Shown here: positions 28,596 through 38,425 of the stretch, piece after piece
Numbering within the stretch: position 1 is the stretch's first letter
Layout: each line of letters begins with the position of its first letter
Assembly (NCBI GenBank): GCA_036561225.1
Contig: DATBPS010000147.1
Location: forward strand, 21,312-85,311
Direction of reading: 5' to 3'
Origin: Terriglobales bacterium
GTDB taxonomy: Bacteria; Acidobacteriota; Terriglobia; Terriglobales; SCQP01
DNA: 64,000 nucleotides
Program-made: the position numbers and the translations under genes
The notes under the pieces: model-generated
Databases searched by the model: none
The model's input: only the letters and a program-made list of their open reading frames with translations
Told to the model about the DNA's origin: nothing

Positions 28596-28613
28596 TTGCA
28601 AATTATCTTGCAA
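28596..28613. promoter_or_regulatory. two palindromic TTGCAA hexamers 12 bp apart in divergent intergenic region
   Basis: The sequence aacTTGCAAattatcTTGCAAgag lies in a locally AT-richer spacer about 50-70 nt upstream of the sigma-factor start. It could be -35 elements or a dimer operator. Function is unknown. Confidence 0.3.
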
Positions 28614-28724
28614 GAGTTTCCACCACAGGCGTTCTACAGGACAAAGGCGGAAAACTCTGACCGGTTCCCGTCTACCGGCGGCGTCATGGGACGCCGCCGG
28701 TCCCCCAATACAACGGACAAACAG

Positions 28725-28868
28725 ATGACTTCCTGGCGCATGGCGATGTGGGTTTTAGCCTGCTTGGGCGTGTTCCTGATCAGTCTGTACGTCCGCAGCC
28801 GGGATTGGACGCCGGTCATGCGCCAGGCGGAAGCCCGAACCGTATCCATTACGGTTCTGCCGCTATAG
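28725..28868 (+). CDS. hypothetical small single-TM protein (47 aa; alternative start 28686)
   Basis: The ORF MTSWRMAMWVLACLGVFLISLYVRSRDWTPVMRQAEARTVSITVLPL lies directly upstream of mreD. No homology was recognised and there is no clear RBS. Confidence 0.25.
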   Translation: MTSWRMAMWVLACLGVFLISLYVRSRDWTPVMRQAEARTVSITVLPL

Positions 28869-28901
28869 GCGGGGCGGAGAAGCAGCTACAATAAGGCTGC
28901 A

Positions 28902-29423
28902 GTGCCGCAGATCTTCAGCACTTCGCGCGCCGAAGCCACAGTTTTCCGGTTTCCACCCCTGTTTTTCCCGCTGTTGTGCGTGCTGGCGCTGGTCTTGCAG
29001 GCCTATCTGCCGGTGCTGGTGCATGCGGCGGTGTACCTGGATCTGCCTCTGCTGGCGGTCGTTTATTGGGCCACGACCAACCGGCGCGCGGGGCCGTCGA
29101 GCCTGATGGGGGCGGTGCTGGGGTTGGCGCAGGACAGCTTGTCGCACCTGGCGCTGGGCATCAACGGCATTGCGAAAACGATCATTGGCTATGTGGATGC
29201 GATGCTGGGGGCGCGGATGGACGCCGATCATCCCGGTATGCGGTTGCTGGTGGTCTTCGCCTGCTTTGAGTTCAACCGCAGCCTGATCTACCTCTTTGAA
29301 CGCTTTCTGGTGGGCACGCCGGTAGCCTGGCGGGGCGGGGTCATGGCGGTGGCCGCACTGGTCAATGGTCTGGCGGCGGTCGTCCTCTTCCATGGACTCG
29401 ACCGTTTTCGGCACTGGATGTAG
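28902..29423 (+). CDS. mreD: rod shape-determining protein MreD
   Basis: About 173-aa polytopic membrane protein with MreD-like sequence (LPLLAVVYWA..., GLAQDSLS) immediately upstream of mrdA-rodA. Confidence 0.6.
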   Translation: MPQIFSTSRAEATVFRFPPLFFPLLCVLALVLQAYLPVLVHAAVYLDLPLLAVVYWATTNRRAGPSSLMGAVLGLAQDSLSHLALGINGIAKTIIGYVDAMLGARMDADHPGMRLLVVFACFEFNRSLIYLFERFLVGTPVAWRGGVMAVAALVNGLAAVVLFHGLDRFRHWM

Positions 29424-29445
29424 ACTTTTCCCAAGTCTGGCGCTG

Positions 29446-31236
29446 ATGGAGATTCTGGACCGTAACGACAAATTGCCCGCCCGGCGCATACGCCTGGTGG
29501 AGGTCCTGATCGTGGTGGGCTTTCTCGGTCTGGCGTTCGGATTGTGGCAGTTGCAAATCCTGCAAGCCGCGAAGTATTCCACCCTGGCGCAGCAGAACCG
29601 CATACGCACCGAACCCATCCCGGCGCCGCGAGGGCGCATCTTTGATCGGCGCGGGCGGCTGCTGGTGGACAACTATCCTTCCTTTACCGCCTATCTGCAG
29701 CGCGACAGCAATCCGGGGTGGCGCAAGGACCTGGCGGCGATCGCCCAGGGGCTGTTTCTGAACCCGGACGATCTGCGGACGCTGATGGCCAACTATAGTG
29801 GTGCGCCGGTGTTTCAGGCCATCCCCATCAAAGAGGACATCACGGTGGCGGATGAAGCGTTCATCGCCGCCCATCGCGATCAGTACCCGGAGTTGGAGAC
29901 GGTGATGGCCAGCCGGCGGCTGTATCCCAAGAATGGGTTTGCCGCCAACCTGATCGGTTATGTGGGCGAGGCCAGCGCGCGGCAGTTGACGGCGCGCGAC
30001 CTGAGTCCGGGAACGGTGGTGGGGAAGTCGGGGCTGGAGGCCTATTACAACCGTCAGTTGATGGGACGCGACGGCGAGCGGCGGGTGATGGTGGACAGCC
30101 GCGGGCACGTGGTGGGGACGCTCTCCGATACGCCGCCGGTGCCGGGTCATGACCTGCACCTGACCCTGGATGATGATGTGCAGATGGCGGCGGAAGAGGC
30201 GATCGGTGACCGGCCGGGGGCGGTGATCGCGCTCGACCCGCGCACCGGCGGAGTGCTGGCGCTGGTCAGCCGGCCGACGTTCGATCCCAACCTCTTCGTG
30301 CAGGGGTTGAGCAGCGATCAGTGGCAGCAGTGGGTAAACGATCCCGAGCACCCGCTGCTGGACAAGGCCATCCAGGCGCAGTTGGCGCCCGGATCGGTGT
30401 TCAAGCTGGTGATGTCGGTGGCCGGACTGCAACAGGACATCGCCGAAAAGCTGCAGGTGGATTGCGAAGGAACGTTTGACTATTACGGTCACATCTACCA
30501 CTGCTTCCACGGCGAAAAGCACGGCTTGCTGAACATTCAGCATGCGATCACCAAGTCCTGCGACGTCTATTTCTACACCCTGGGCAGCCAGATGGGGATC
30601 AACCTGATTGATCAGTACGCGCAGGGGCTGGGCTTGGGGCGGCGCACCGGCATGGATCTGCCGGACGAGGCCAAGGGACTGGTGCCGTCTCCGGCGTGGA
30701 AGGAGGCGCATTTCCACCAGACCTGGTACCGCGGCGAGACGATTGACGTCTCCATCGGGCAGGGAGCGCTGACGGTGACGCCGGTGCAACTGGCGCGGCT
30801 GGCGGGCGGAATCGCCTCGGGAGGGAACTTTCCCGTGCCGCATGTGGACGCCGATGCCGCCCACACCGAAGGTTTCCGCTTTCCCATTGCGCCGGCCACC
30901 GTGTCCACCATCGTGGCGGGCATGCGTGGCGTGGTGAACGACGGGGGAACGGCGGCCAGCGCCCACCTGCAGGGGGTGGATTTCGGCGGCAAGACGGGTA
31001 CCGCGCAGACCATTTCCAACGAAGCGTTGAAAAACATCAGCGGTTCCCACAGCCGGTTCGTGGACAACGCCTGGTTCGTGGGCTTGTCGCCGGTGGAGAA
31101 CCCGCAGATCGCGGTGTGCGTGCTGTTTGAGCGCGGCGCCATGGGGTCGAATGCCGCGCAGATCGCCGCGCGCGTGGTGCAGGCCTACTGGCGGACCCAG
31201 GCGGCGCCGCCGCCGGCGGCGGCCCAGGATCAGTAA
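29446..31236 (+). CDS. mrdA: penicillin-binding protein 2 (elongasome transpeptidase)
   Basis: N-terminal TM anchor (LVEVLIVVGFLGLAFGLW), PBP dimerisation domain, and transpeptidase motifs SVFK (SxxK), SCDVYFY and GKTGTAQ. ATG 29446 was chosen. Confidence 0.9.
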   Translation: MEILDRNDKLPARRIRLVEVLIVVGFLGLAFGLWQLQILQAAKYSTLAQQNRIRTEPIPAPRGRIFDRRGRLLVDNYPSFTAYLQRDSNPGWRKDLAAIAQGLFLNPDDLRTLMANYSGAPVFQAIPIKEDITVADEAFIAAHRDQYPELETVMASRRLYPKNGFAANLIGYVGEASARQLTARDLSPGTVVGKSGLEAYYNRQLMGRDGERRVMVDSRGHVVGTLSDTPPVPGHDLHLTLDDDVQMAAEEAIGDRPGAVIALDPRTGGVLALVSRPTFDPNLFVQGLSSDQWQQWVNDPEHPLLDKAIQAQLAPGSVFKLVMSVAGLQQDIAEKLQVDCEGTFDYYGHIYHCFHGEKHGLLNIQHAITKSCDVYFYTLGSQMGINLIDQYAQGLGLGRRTGMDLPDEAKGLVPSPAWKEAHFHQTWYRGETIDVSIGQGALTVTPVQLARLAGGIASGGNFPVPHVDADAAHTEGFRFPIAPATVSTIVAGMRGVVNDGGTAASAHLQGVDFGGKTGTAQTISNEALKNISGSHSRFVDNAWFVGLSPVENPQIAVCVLFERGAMGSNAAQIAARVVQAYWRTQAAPPPAAAQDQ

Positions 31237-32309
31237 TGCGCTGGCGGGACCTCGACTGGGTGCTGTTCGGTTTGATGATCCTGATCTCGGTGATCGGGGT
31301 GGTGGAGATTCATAGCGCCACCATCGCCACCAAGTTCGCGCCGGTGTGGGTGAAGCAGGTCTATTTTCTGGCCGCCGGGATCGGCTTGCTGCTGGTGTTG
31401 AGCCGGGTGGATTACAAGCTGATCCTCGAAGCCAGCCCCTGGCTGTACGTGGTTTCCGTGGCGGCGCTGGCCGGGGTGCTGGTGCTGGGGCGGGCGATCT
31501 TTCACTCCCGGCGCTGGATCCCGGTGGCGGGTTCGCACTTGCAGGTGTCAGAATTCGTCAAGCTCGTTATAATTGTAGTGGTTGCGCGGTACTGTGGGTC
31601 GGCGCGGCCCAGCATGGCCTGGAAAGATGTGCTACGGCTGGGGGCGCTGGTGGGTGTACCAGCGGCTTTGGTGCTGCTGGAGCCCGACCTGGGCACGGCC
31701 TTGACTTACATACCCGTGGCGGTGGTGGGCCTGCTGCTGGGCGGATTGCGCTGGCGGCAGTTCGGAACGCTCGCCCTGGCAGGACTGCTCATGCTGCCGG
31801 TGGCCTGGCACTTCCTCCACCCCTACCAGAAGGGTCGCATTGTCGGGTTCATGGAACCGCAAGCCGACCCGCTGGGCAGCGGTTATCAGGTTTTGCAGTC
31901 CAAGATTGCCGTGGGCGCGGGAGGTTTTTGGGGCCAGGGTATGGCCCAGGGTTCGCAGACGCGGGGCAAGTTTTTACCCGTTCCGCATACCGATTTTATA
32001 TTCGCCGCCTTTGCCGAGGAGTACGGTTTTGCCGGCGCGCTGATGCTGCTGGGGTTGTACCTGCTGCTGTTGCTGCGGCTGGTGCACAATGCCCGCCTGG
32101 CGCCGGACCGAAGCGCGGGAATGGTGGTGATGGGCGTGGTGGCCATTTTGGCGTTTCACGTTCTGATCAACGTGGGCATGGTGGTGGGCCTGGCGCCGGT
32201 GACCGGCATCCCGCTGCCGTTGATGAGTTCGGGAGGATCTTCCTTGCTGTTCATGTTCGCCGCCGCCGGGATGGTGATGAACATCCGCATGGCGCGGTTT
32301 GTGAACTGA
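31236..32309 (+). CDS. rodA: SEDS-family peptidoglycan glycosyltransferase RodA
   Basis: FtsW/RodA/SpoVE similarity (PDLGTALTY, GYQVLQSKIAVGAGGFWGQG, HTDFIFAAFAEEYGF, TGIPLPLMSSGGSS). The ATG overlaps the mrdA stop (TAATG). Confidence 0.9.
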   Translation: MRWRDLDWVLFGLMILISVIGVVEIHSATIATKFAPVWVKQVYFLAAGIGLLLVLSRVDYKLILEASPWLYVVSVAALAGVLVLGRAIFHSRRWIPVAGSHLQVSEFVKLVIIVVVARYCGSARPSMAWKDVLRLGALVGVPAALVLLEPDLGTALTYIPVAVVGLLLGGLRWRQFGTLALAGLLMLPVAWHFLHPYQKGRIVGFMEPQADPLGSGYQVLQSKIAVGAGGFWGQGMAQGSQTRGKFLPVPHTDFIFAAFAEEYGFAGALMLLGLYLLLLLRLVHNARLAPDRSAGMVVMGVVAILAFHVLINVGMVVGLAPVTGIPLPLMSSGGSSLLFMFAAAGMVMNIRMARFVN

Positions 32310-32401
32310 GCCGCATTTGTTAACGATTTATCCAGGCAGCGCGCCGGCCCCGGGCCAGGCAGCGAGGCCGCAACCGGCGGCGGGAGCCGCTGAGAGGGTG
32401 C

Positions 32402-34804
32402 ATGAACAAGGAATTGTACGTATCGTCCACGCCGCATGAAACGCGGCTGGCATTAACCGAAGACGGCGAGGTCGCCGAAGTCTATTACGAGCGCGAGAAG
32501 GAATACTCGCTCGCCGGATCCATCTACAAGGGGCGCGTGACGCGGGTGTTGCCGGGCATGCAATCGGCCTTTGTGGACATCGGTCTGGAACGCGACGCCT
32601 TTTTGTACGTGTCGGACTTCTTCGAAGACAGCGAGGAGTACGACCGGGTGGTGAGCGAAGTCGAAACCGCGGTGGCCCAGCATCTGGAGCGGCCGGCGGC
32701 GGGCGGCGAGGCCGTAGTCGCGGCCCCGGCCCCGGCGCCCGGCCCGGGGGGCGATGAGGGGCGGCGGGGGCGGCGCGGCGGACGCAACCGCGGGCGGCGG
32801 GGGCGGAGTTCGATCCCGGATGAAAAGTTTGCCCGCCCGCAGGCGGGGGACACCGAGGGGCTGAGTCAGGACGTCGAGGCGGCGGGCGAGGAGACCGAGC
32901 CGGTCGCCTTCGCCGGGACCGAAGTCGAGGCGGAGGAGCCGGCGGGCACGCCACCGGCCGAGGCACTCCCCACGGCGCAGGCGTTTGTGCTGCCCGGCGA
33001 GTCGCTGGCCAAGTATCGGCACGCGGCCGCGCCGGCGGCGCCGCCGCGGCGGGAAGCGCCGGTAGTCGCGCCCCGTCCGGCGCGGGATGAACGGCGGCCG
33101 GCCGCCGAGCCGCGCCGGGCCGCACCCGCGGCGGCCGCGCCAGCGGCATTTGTCCTGCCGGGCGAGTCGCTGGCCAAGTACCGGGTTGCGCCGCCGGTGG
33201 AAGCCACGGAAGAGGTCGAACTCGATCCCGCCGCGGAGGCGCTGGCGGCCGAGGAGCGGGAAGAAGTGCAGGCGTGGGCGGAAGGCAGCGGCGTGGAGGA
33301 GGCGGCAGAGGAGGCGGAAGATCCCGCCGGCGAGGCGTGGTCCGCGGCCGGGGAGGGAACCGGGGAAACCGACAGCGAGGAGAGCGCCAGCGCGTCCCTG
33401 CGCGCGCCGGAATCCGAAGCGCGGCTGCAAGCACCGGCGCGCCCGGGCGAGGGAGAAGGGGGCCGCGGCCGCGGGCGTCATCGCCGCCGGCGGCGTGGAG
33501 GGGCGGAACGGGGCCCGGAGACGGCGGGGGCGAGTGCCCCGGCGGCGCCCCCGGCGCCGGCGGCGCGTGAGCCGCAGCAACGCGAGGGCAAGAACGAGTC
33601 CAGCCGGCTGATCGGCGACCTGCTGCATGAGGGGCAGGAGATTCTCATCCAGATCGCCAAGGAGCCGCTCGGCAAAAAAGGGGCGCGGATCACCAGCCAT
33701 CTGGCGCTGCCCGGCCGCTTTCTGGTCTACATGCCCACCGTGCATCACATCGGGGTGTCGCGCAAGATCGGCTCGGATGAGGAACGGGCGCGGCTGAAGC
33801 GCTTCATTCTCGAGAATACCCAGGACCTGCCCGGCGGCTTCATCGTGCGCACCGCGGCGGCGGCGGCGGGCGATGACGAGCTCAAGGCCGATATCCGGCT
33901 GCTGGCCAGCCAGTGGAACGATCTGCGGCAGCAGTTTGAGCAGGTGCGCTCGCCGGCGCTGCTGCACCATGACCTGGACCTGGTGGAGCGCACCCTGCGC
34001 GATCAGTTGTCCAACGACTTCACCCACATCTGGGTGGACACCGACGAGCAATATCAGCGGGTGGTGAAGTTCGTCAGCTACTTCATGCCCCACCTCACCG
34101 ACCGGGTACGGCTGTACACCCGCGATGAACCGCTGTTCGAGCATGCCGGCTTGCAGGCCGAGATCAACAAGGCGCTGCAGAGCAAAGTGTGGCTGAAGAG
34201 CGGCGGCTACATCGTGCTCAACCAGACCGAGGCGCTGGTGGCGATTGACGTGAACACCGGCAAGTACGTGGGCCGCTCCAGCCGGCTGGAGGACACCATC
34301 GTCAAGACCAATGTGGAGGCCATCCGCGAGATCGTGCGCCAGATCCGGCTGCGCGACCTGGGGGGCATCATTGTCATCGACTTCATTGACATGGATGAGA
34401 AGCGCAACCGGCAGAAGGTGATGCAGGCGCTGGACGAGGCGATGCGCGCCGACCGCGCTCCCTCCAAGGTGCTGGCCTTCAACGATTTCGGACTGGTGGC
34501 CCTGACCCGCAAACGGGTCAAACAGTCGCTGGAGCGCACCCTGGGCAGCCCCTGCCCCTACTGCGAAGGCGTGGGGCTGGTGAAATCCCCGGTGACGGTG
34601 TGCAATGAAATCTATTCCGAGGTGAAGAAGCTGGCGCCCTCGATCGAGCGCGACGACCTCGTGTTGCGGGTGAACCCGGAGGTGGCCAAGGTGCTGAAGG
34701 CGCAGGGCGCGCAGCGGCTGCGCGAGATGGAGGACACCGCCGGCAAGGGTATCTCGGTGCGGCCCGATCCGCAGGTGCACCAGGGACAGTTCGAGATTTA
34801 TTGA
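32402..34804 (+). CDS. rng: ribonuclease E/G family endoribonuclease with large low-complexity insertion in the S1 region
   Basis: N-terminal S1 segment (GSIYKGRVTRVLPGMQSAFVDIGLERDAFLYVSD). The catalytic core resumes at LIGDLLHEGQEILIQIAKEPLGKKGARITSHLALPGRFLVYMP...VAIDVNTGKY...GIIVIDFIDM...CPYCEGVG. About 320 aa of Arg/Ala/Pro/Glu-rich sequence lie in between. Confidence 0.9.
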   Translation: MNKELYVSSTPHETRLALTEDGEVAEVYYEREKEYSLAGSIYKGRVTRVLPGMQSAFVDIGLERDAFLYVSDFFEDSEEYDRVVSEVETAVAQHLERPAAGGEAVVAAPAPAPGPGGDEGRRGRRGGRNRGRRGRSSIPDEKFARPQAGDTEGLSQDVEAAGEETEPVAFAGTEVEAEEPAGTPPAEALPTAQAFVLPGESLAKYRHAAAPAAPPRREAPVVAPRPARDERRPAAEPRRAAPAAAAPAAFVLPGESLAKYRVAPPVEATEEVELDPAAEALAAEEREEVQAWAEGSGVEEAAEEAEDPAGEAWSAAGEGTGETDSEESASASLRAPESEARLQAPARPGEGEGGRGRGRHRRRRRGGAERGPETAGASAPAAPPAPAAREPQQREGKNESSRLIGDLLHEGQEILIQIAKEPLGKKGARITSHLALPGRFLVYMPTVHHIGVSRKIGSDEERARLKRFILENTQDLPGGFIVRTAAAAAGDDELKADIRLLASQWNDLRQQFEQVRSPALLHHDLDLVERTLRDQLSNDFTHIWVDTDEQYQRVVKFVSYFMPHLTDRVRLYTRDEPLFEHAGLQAEINKALQSKVWLKSGGYIVLNQTEALVAIDVNTGKYVGRSSRLEDTIVKTNVEAIREIVRQIRLRDLGGIIVIDFIDMDEKRNRQKVMQALDEAMRADRAPSKVLAFNDFGLVALTRKRVKQSLERTLGSPCPYCEGVGLVKSPVTVCNEIYSEVKKLAPSIERDDLVLRVNPEVAKVLKAQGAQRLREMEDTAGKGISVRPDPQVHQGQFEIY

Positions 34805-34815
34805 GGGTATATCCT

Positions 34816-35058
34816 ATGTTTATAGAGAAGCTGGAGCCGGCGGCGGCGCAGGCGGCGATCACCGCCGGGCGCCAGGCCTACGAATGGAAGACCAAGGATC
34901 CCCACCAGTTGCCCATCGTGGGGCCGGCCTATGATGACCACCCCAGCCGCAATCGCGCCAAGCGGGAAGGCCGCTACGCCGAGACGCTGTCCGAGGCCCA
35001 GGCGGCGGCGAAGAAGATGAAAACGGAAGTTTCGCTGGTGTTTTTTCTGACGGAGTAG
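34816..35058 (+). CDS. hypothetical protein (80 aa)
   Basis: ATG 34816 lies 8 nt after GAGGG. The stop is 2 nt before the pdxS start. No family was recognised. Confidence 0.45.
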   Translation: MFIEKLEPAAAQAAITAGRQAYEWKTKDPHQLPIVGPAYDDHPSRNRAKREGRYAETLSEAQAAAKKMKTEVSLVFFLTE

Positions 35059-35060
35059 CC

Positions 35061-35942
35061 ATGGAAACCACAGGTTTGCGATTGAAGACCGGACTGGCCG
35101 AGATGCTCAAGGGCGGGGTGATCATGGACGTCACCGACGCCGCCCAGGCGCGCATTGCCGAGGAGGCGGGGGCCACGGCGGTGATGGCGCTGGAGCGGGT
35201 GCCGTCGGACATCCGCAAGGAAGGCGGCGTGGCGCGCATGGCCGCCATCCGCAAGATCCGCGAGATCATGCAGTCGGTCTCCATCCCGGTGATGGCCAAG
35301 TGCCGCATCGGCCACTTCGTCGAGGCGCAGATTCTCGAGGCGCTGGGCGTGGATTACATTGACGAGAGTGAAGTGCTCACCCCGGCGGATGAAGTGCATC
35401 ACGTGGACAAGCACGCCTTCCGGGTGCCGTTCGTCTGTGGGGCGCGCAACCTCGGCGAGGCGCTGCGGCGCATCGGCGAGGGGGCGGCGATGATCCGCAC
35501 CAAGGGCGAAGCGGGAACCGGCGACGTGGTCCACGCCGTGCGGCACATGCGCACCATCGTTCTGGAAATGAAGCAGTTGACGGTGATGGGCGAGGAAGAA
35601 CTCTACGCGCGGGCCAAGGAGCTGGCCGCGCCGGTCGAGCTGGTGCGCCTGGTGGCGGGGACGGGCAGGCTGCCGGTGCCCAATTTCTCCGCCGGCGGCA
35701 TCGCCACCCCCGCCGACGCGGCGCTGGTGATGCAGCTGGGCGCCGAGGCGGTGTTTGTCGGCTCGGGCATCTTCAAGTCGGAGGATCCCGCCACCCGGGC
35801 GCGGGCCATTGTGCAGGCGGCCACGCACTTCCGCGACCCCAAGGTTCTGCTGCAGGTTTCGGAAGAGCTGGGCGAGGCGATGCGCGGCATCAACGCCGCC
35901 GCCATCCCCGCCGAGGAACAACTGCAGACGCGGGGCTGGTAG
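35061..35942 (+). CDS. pdxS: pyridoxal 5'-phosphate synthase lyase subunit PdxS
   Basis: Near-complete identity to PdxS hallmark segments ([47 protein letters not shown]). Confidence 0.95.
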   Translation: METTGLRLKTGLAEMLKGGVIMDVTDAAQARIAEEAGATAVMALERVPSDIRKEGGVARMAAIRKIREIMQSVSIPVMAKCRIGHFVEAQILEALGVDYIDESEVLTPADEVHHVDKHAFRVPFVCGARNLGEALRRIGEGAAMIRTKGEAGTGDVVHAVRHMRTIVLEMKQLTVMGEEELYARAKELAAPVELVRLVAGTGRLPVPNFSAGGIATPADAALVMQLGAEAVFVGSGIFKSEDPATRARAIVQAATHFRDPKVLLQVSEELGEAMRGINAAAIPAEEQLQTRGW

Positions 35943-35953
35943 GCCCGGCCGCG

Positions 35954-36538
35954 ATGCAAGTAGGCGTGCTGGCGCTGCAAGGCGACTTCGCCGCTCATGG
36001 CGCCGCCCTGGCCGTTCTGGGGGCGGAGGCGCGATGGGTACGCCGCGCCGCTGACCTCGAGGGGCTGCCGGGACTGGTGCTGCCGGGCGGAGAGAGCACC
36101 ACCATGCTGAAGTTGCTGGCCCAGGAGGGCTTCACCGCGCCCTTGCGCGAGTTTGCCCGCACCCATCCCGTGCTCGCCACCTGCGCCGGCGCGATTCTGC
36201 TGGCGCAACGGGTGCGGCAGCCCGAGCAGGCCTCGCTGGGGCTGCTCGACCTGACCGTCATTCGCAACGGCTATGGACGCCAGTTGGAGAGTTCCATCCG
36301 CAGCGCGCGGGTGTCGCCGCAATTTCAGGCCGGCTTGGGAACCCGCGAGCTGGAAGCGGTATTGATTCGCGCGCCGCGGTTTGTCGAACTGGGTCCGCAG
36401 GTCGAGGTGGTGGCCGAGGAGAGTGGGGAAGCGGTGCTGGTGCGGCAGGGGAATCTGATCGCCGCCAGCTTTCATCCCGAGCTCTCCTCGCAGTCGTACG
36501 TACACCGCTGGTTTCTCGACCTGATACAATCCGGCTAA
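35954..36538 (+). CDS. pdxT: pyridoxal 5'-phosphate synthase glutaminase subunit PdxT
   Basis: MQVGVLALQGDF..., LVLPGGESTTM, and ATCAGAILLA (catalytic Cys) and FHPE motifs are present. Confidence 0.9.
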   Translation: MQVGVLALQGDFAAHGAALAVLGAEARWVRRAADLEGLPGLVLPGGESTTMLKLLAQEGFTAPLREFARTHPVLATCAGAILLAQRVRQPEQASLGLLDLTVIRNGYGRQLESSIRSARVSPQFQAGLGTRELEAVLIRAPRFVELGPQVEVVAEESGEAVLVRQGNLIAASFHPELSSQSYVHRWFLDLIQSG

Positions 36539-37812
36539 TGCCGCGTTCCCATCCACACCGTGTGCTGGCGCTGGTGCTGGCCGGTGGCCGCGGAGAACGC
36601 CTGCAGCCCCTCACCCGTTACCGTTCCAAACCCTCGGTGCCGTTTGGCGGCCGCTACCGCATCGTGGATTTCGTGCTCAGCAACCTGGTGAACTCCGGCA
36701 TCAGCGCCATTTATATCCTGACGCAGTACAAAGCCCAGTCGCTGATCAGCCACATCCAGCGGGCGTGGTGGTTTGTCGCTGGTGGGCTGGACAGCTTTGC
36801 CACCGTGGTGCCGGCGCAGATGCAGTTGGGCGATGCCTGGTACCGCGGCACCGCCGATGCCATCTACCAGAACCTGAATCTGATCGAAGAGTACGGCGCC
36901 GATGCGGTCGCGGTGTTCGGCGCTGACCACATCTACAAGATGAACATCGGCCAGATGGTGGATTTTCACTTCGAGCACAGCGCCGAGGCCACGGTGGCGT
37001 GCATGCCCCTGCCGGTGGAGGAGGCGGGACAGGTGGGCGTGGCCGATTGCGACGCCAACGGCCGCATTCGCGGCTTTATCGAAAAGCCCGCGCCGGAGGA
37101 CGCGCCGCGCATGTCGGAGCGGCCGGAGTACGTCTGGGCCTCGATGGGCAACTACATCTTCGACACCCGCGTGCTGGTGCAGGTCCTCCGTGACGATGCC
37201 CGTCAGGCCGGCGATCACGACTTTGGGCGTTCGATTCTGCCGCTCATGGCCGCCAGCCGGCGGGTGATGGCCTACGATTTTCACAGCAACCGGCTGCCGG
37301 TGTACCACGGCTTCGGTCTGGAGAGGCCCTATTGGCGCGATGTGGGCAGCATCCCCGCCTACTTCGAGGCCAACATGGATTTGCGCAGCGTGACGCCGGA
37401 GTTGAACCTGTTCAACTGGTCGTGGCCGATCATGAGCGCCAATTTCAATCAGCCGCCGGCCAAGTTTGTCTTCGACGATGAGAGCCGGCGGGGAACGGCG
37501 CTGCAGTCGCTGATTTGCGGCGGGTGCATTCTGGCGGGCGGCTTCGTCAAAGATTCGGTGCTGGGTCACAACGTCGTGGTGGATGAACGTGCCGTGGTGA
37601 CCGAGTCGGTGATCATGGACAACGTGGTGATCGGGCGCGGCGCGCGGCTGCATCGCGCCATCGTGGACAAGAACGTCCACATCAGCCCGGGAGCGACGGT
37701 CGGATTCGATCGCGAAGCGGATCTTCTGCATGGCTACCACTGTGACGAAGCCGGAATCACCGTGGTGGCCAAGGAGCCGGAAACCCCCGAGAGCCGCGTC
37801 CGCTACCGCTAA
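36538..37812 (+). CDS. glgC: glucose-1-phosphate adenylyltransferase
   Basis: LVLAGGRGERLQPLTRYRSKPSVPFGGRYRIVDFVLSNLVNSG N-terminus and full-length GlgC similarity. Confidence 0.9.
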   Translation: MPRSHPHRVLALVLAGGRGERLQPLTRYRSKPSVPFGGRYRIVDFVLSNLVNSGISAIYILTQYKAQSLISHIQRAWWFVAGGLDSFATVVPAQMQLGDAWYRGTADAIYQNLNLIEEYGADAVAVFGADHIYKMNIGQMVDFHFEHSAEATVACMPLPVEEAGQVGVADCDANGRIRGFIEKPAPEDAPRMSERPEYVWASMGNYIFDTRVLVQVLRDDARQAGDHDFGRSILPLMAASRRVMAYDFHSNRLPVYHGFGLERPYWRDVGSIPAYFEANMDLRSVTPELNLFNWSWPIMSANFNQPPAKFVFDDESRRGTALQSLICGGCILAGGFVKDSVLGHNVVVDERAVVTESVIMDNVVIGRGARLHRAIVDKNVHISPGATVGFDREADLLHGYHCDEAGITVVAKEPETPESRVRYR

Positions 37813-37852
37813 TTGGCGCGGGCCCCTGTCGGCTACGCCGACATCCCGCTTT

Positions 37853-38404
37853 CTACGAACCGCCGGGGACGCGGGGCTGGGGGCCCGTGGCCCCAACCCC
37901 GCCATTCCCGAAAGTAGCGGGCAGCAGCGAGCGGATGTAGGCGACCATGGCGGGGGAGTTCCAGTCGGCCACGCTCACCAGCTTGCGGTCCAGACGCCCG
38001 TCCGGGCCGATGATGTAGGTCTCCGGAATCAGTTGGGTGCCGAAGCGATGCATGACATCCTGGCTGGGATCGAGAGCGGTGGGAAAGCTGATGTGGTAGC
38101 GGCTCAGAAAGGTCTGATACGCCACCGGGTCCTGGTCAATGGAGACGCCCAGAACCACCGCCTGACCGGCGGGGAACTTTTCCGCCAGGGCGTTGAGGGC
38201 GGGCGTTTCCTGAACGCAGGGGACACAAAAGCTGGCCCAGAAGTTCAGGATCAGCACATGCCCGCGGTAGCTGGCCAGGGAAACTTCACGCCCGTTGAGC
38301 AGCCGCAGACGGAAGTCAGGAACGGAGTGGCCCACCGTGGCGCGTCGGGTGCAGCCCGCCAGCGACAGCAGTAGGAACAGGGCAAGTGTAAAGGGATGCC
38401 GCAA
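37853..38404 (-). CDS. TlpA-like thiol:disulfide oxidoreductase lipoprotein (thioredoxin fold)
   Basis: TTG 38404 gives a lipoprotein signal ([17 protein letters not shown]). Redoxin motif [10 protein letters not shown]. The longer track ORF (to 38701) overlaps folE and was trimmed. Confidence 0.75.
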   Translation of the reverse strand: MRHPFTLALFLLLSLAGCTRRATVGHSVPDFRLRLLNGREVSLASYRGHVLILNFWASFCVPCVQETPALNALAEKFPAGQAVVLGVSIDQDPVAYQTFLSRYHISFPTALDPSQDVMHRFGTQLIPETYIIGPDGRLDRKLVSVADWNSPAMVAYIRSLLPATFGNGGVGATGPQPRVPGGS

Positions 38405-38425
38405 GTCCCAGAATACAATAGCTGT

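Noticed and set aside
32328-34780. Minus-strand ORFs of 368 aa and 775 aa opposite the RNase E/G gene, including an extremely Pro/Arg/Ala-rich product.
   Set aside because: They are mirror images of the low-complexity insertion in the RNase E/G gene. There are no start or RBS context or motifs, and the sense strand is clearly coding on both sides.
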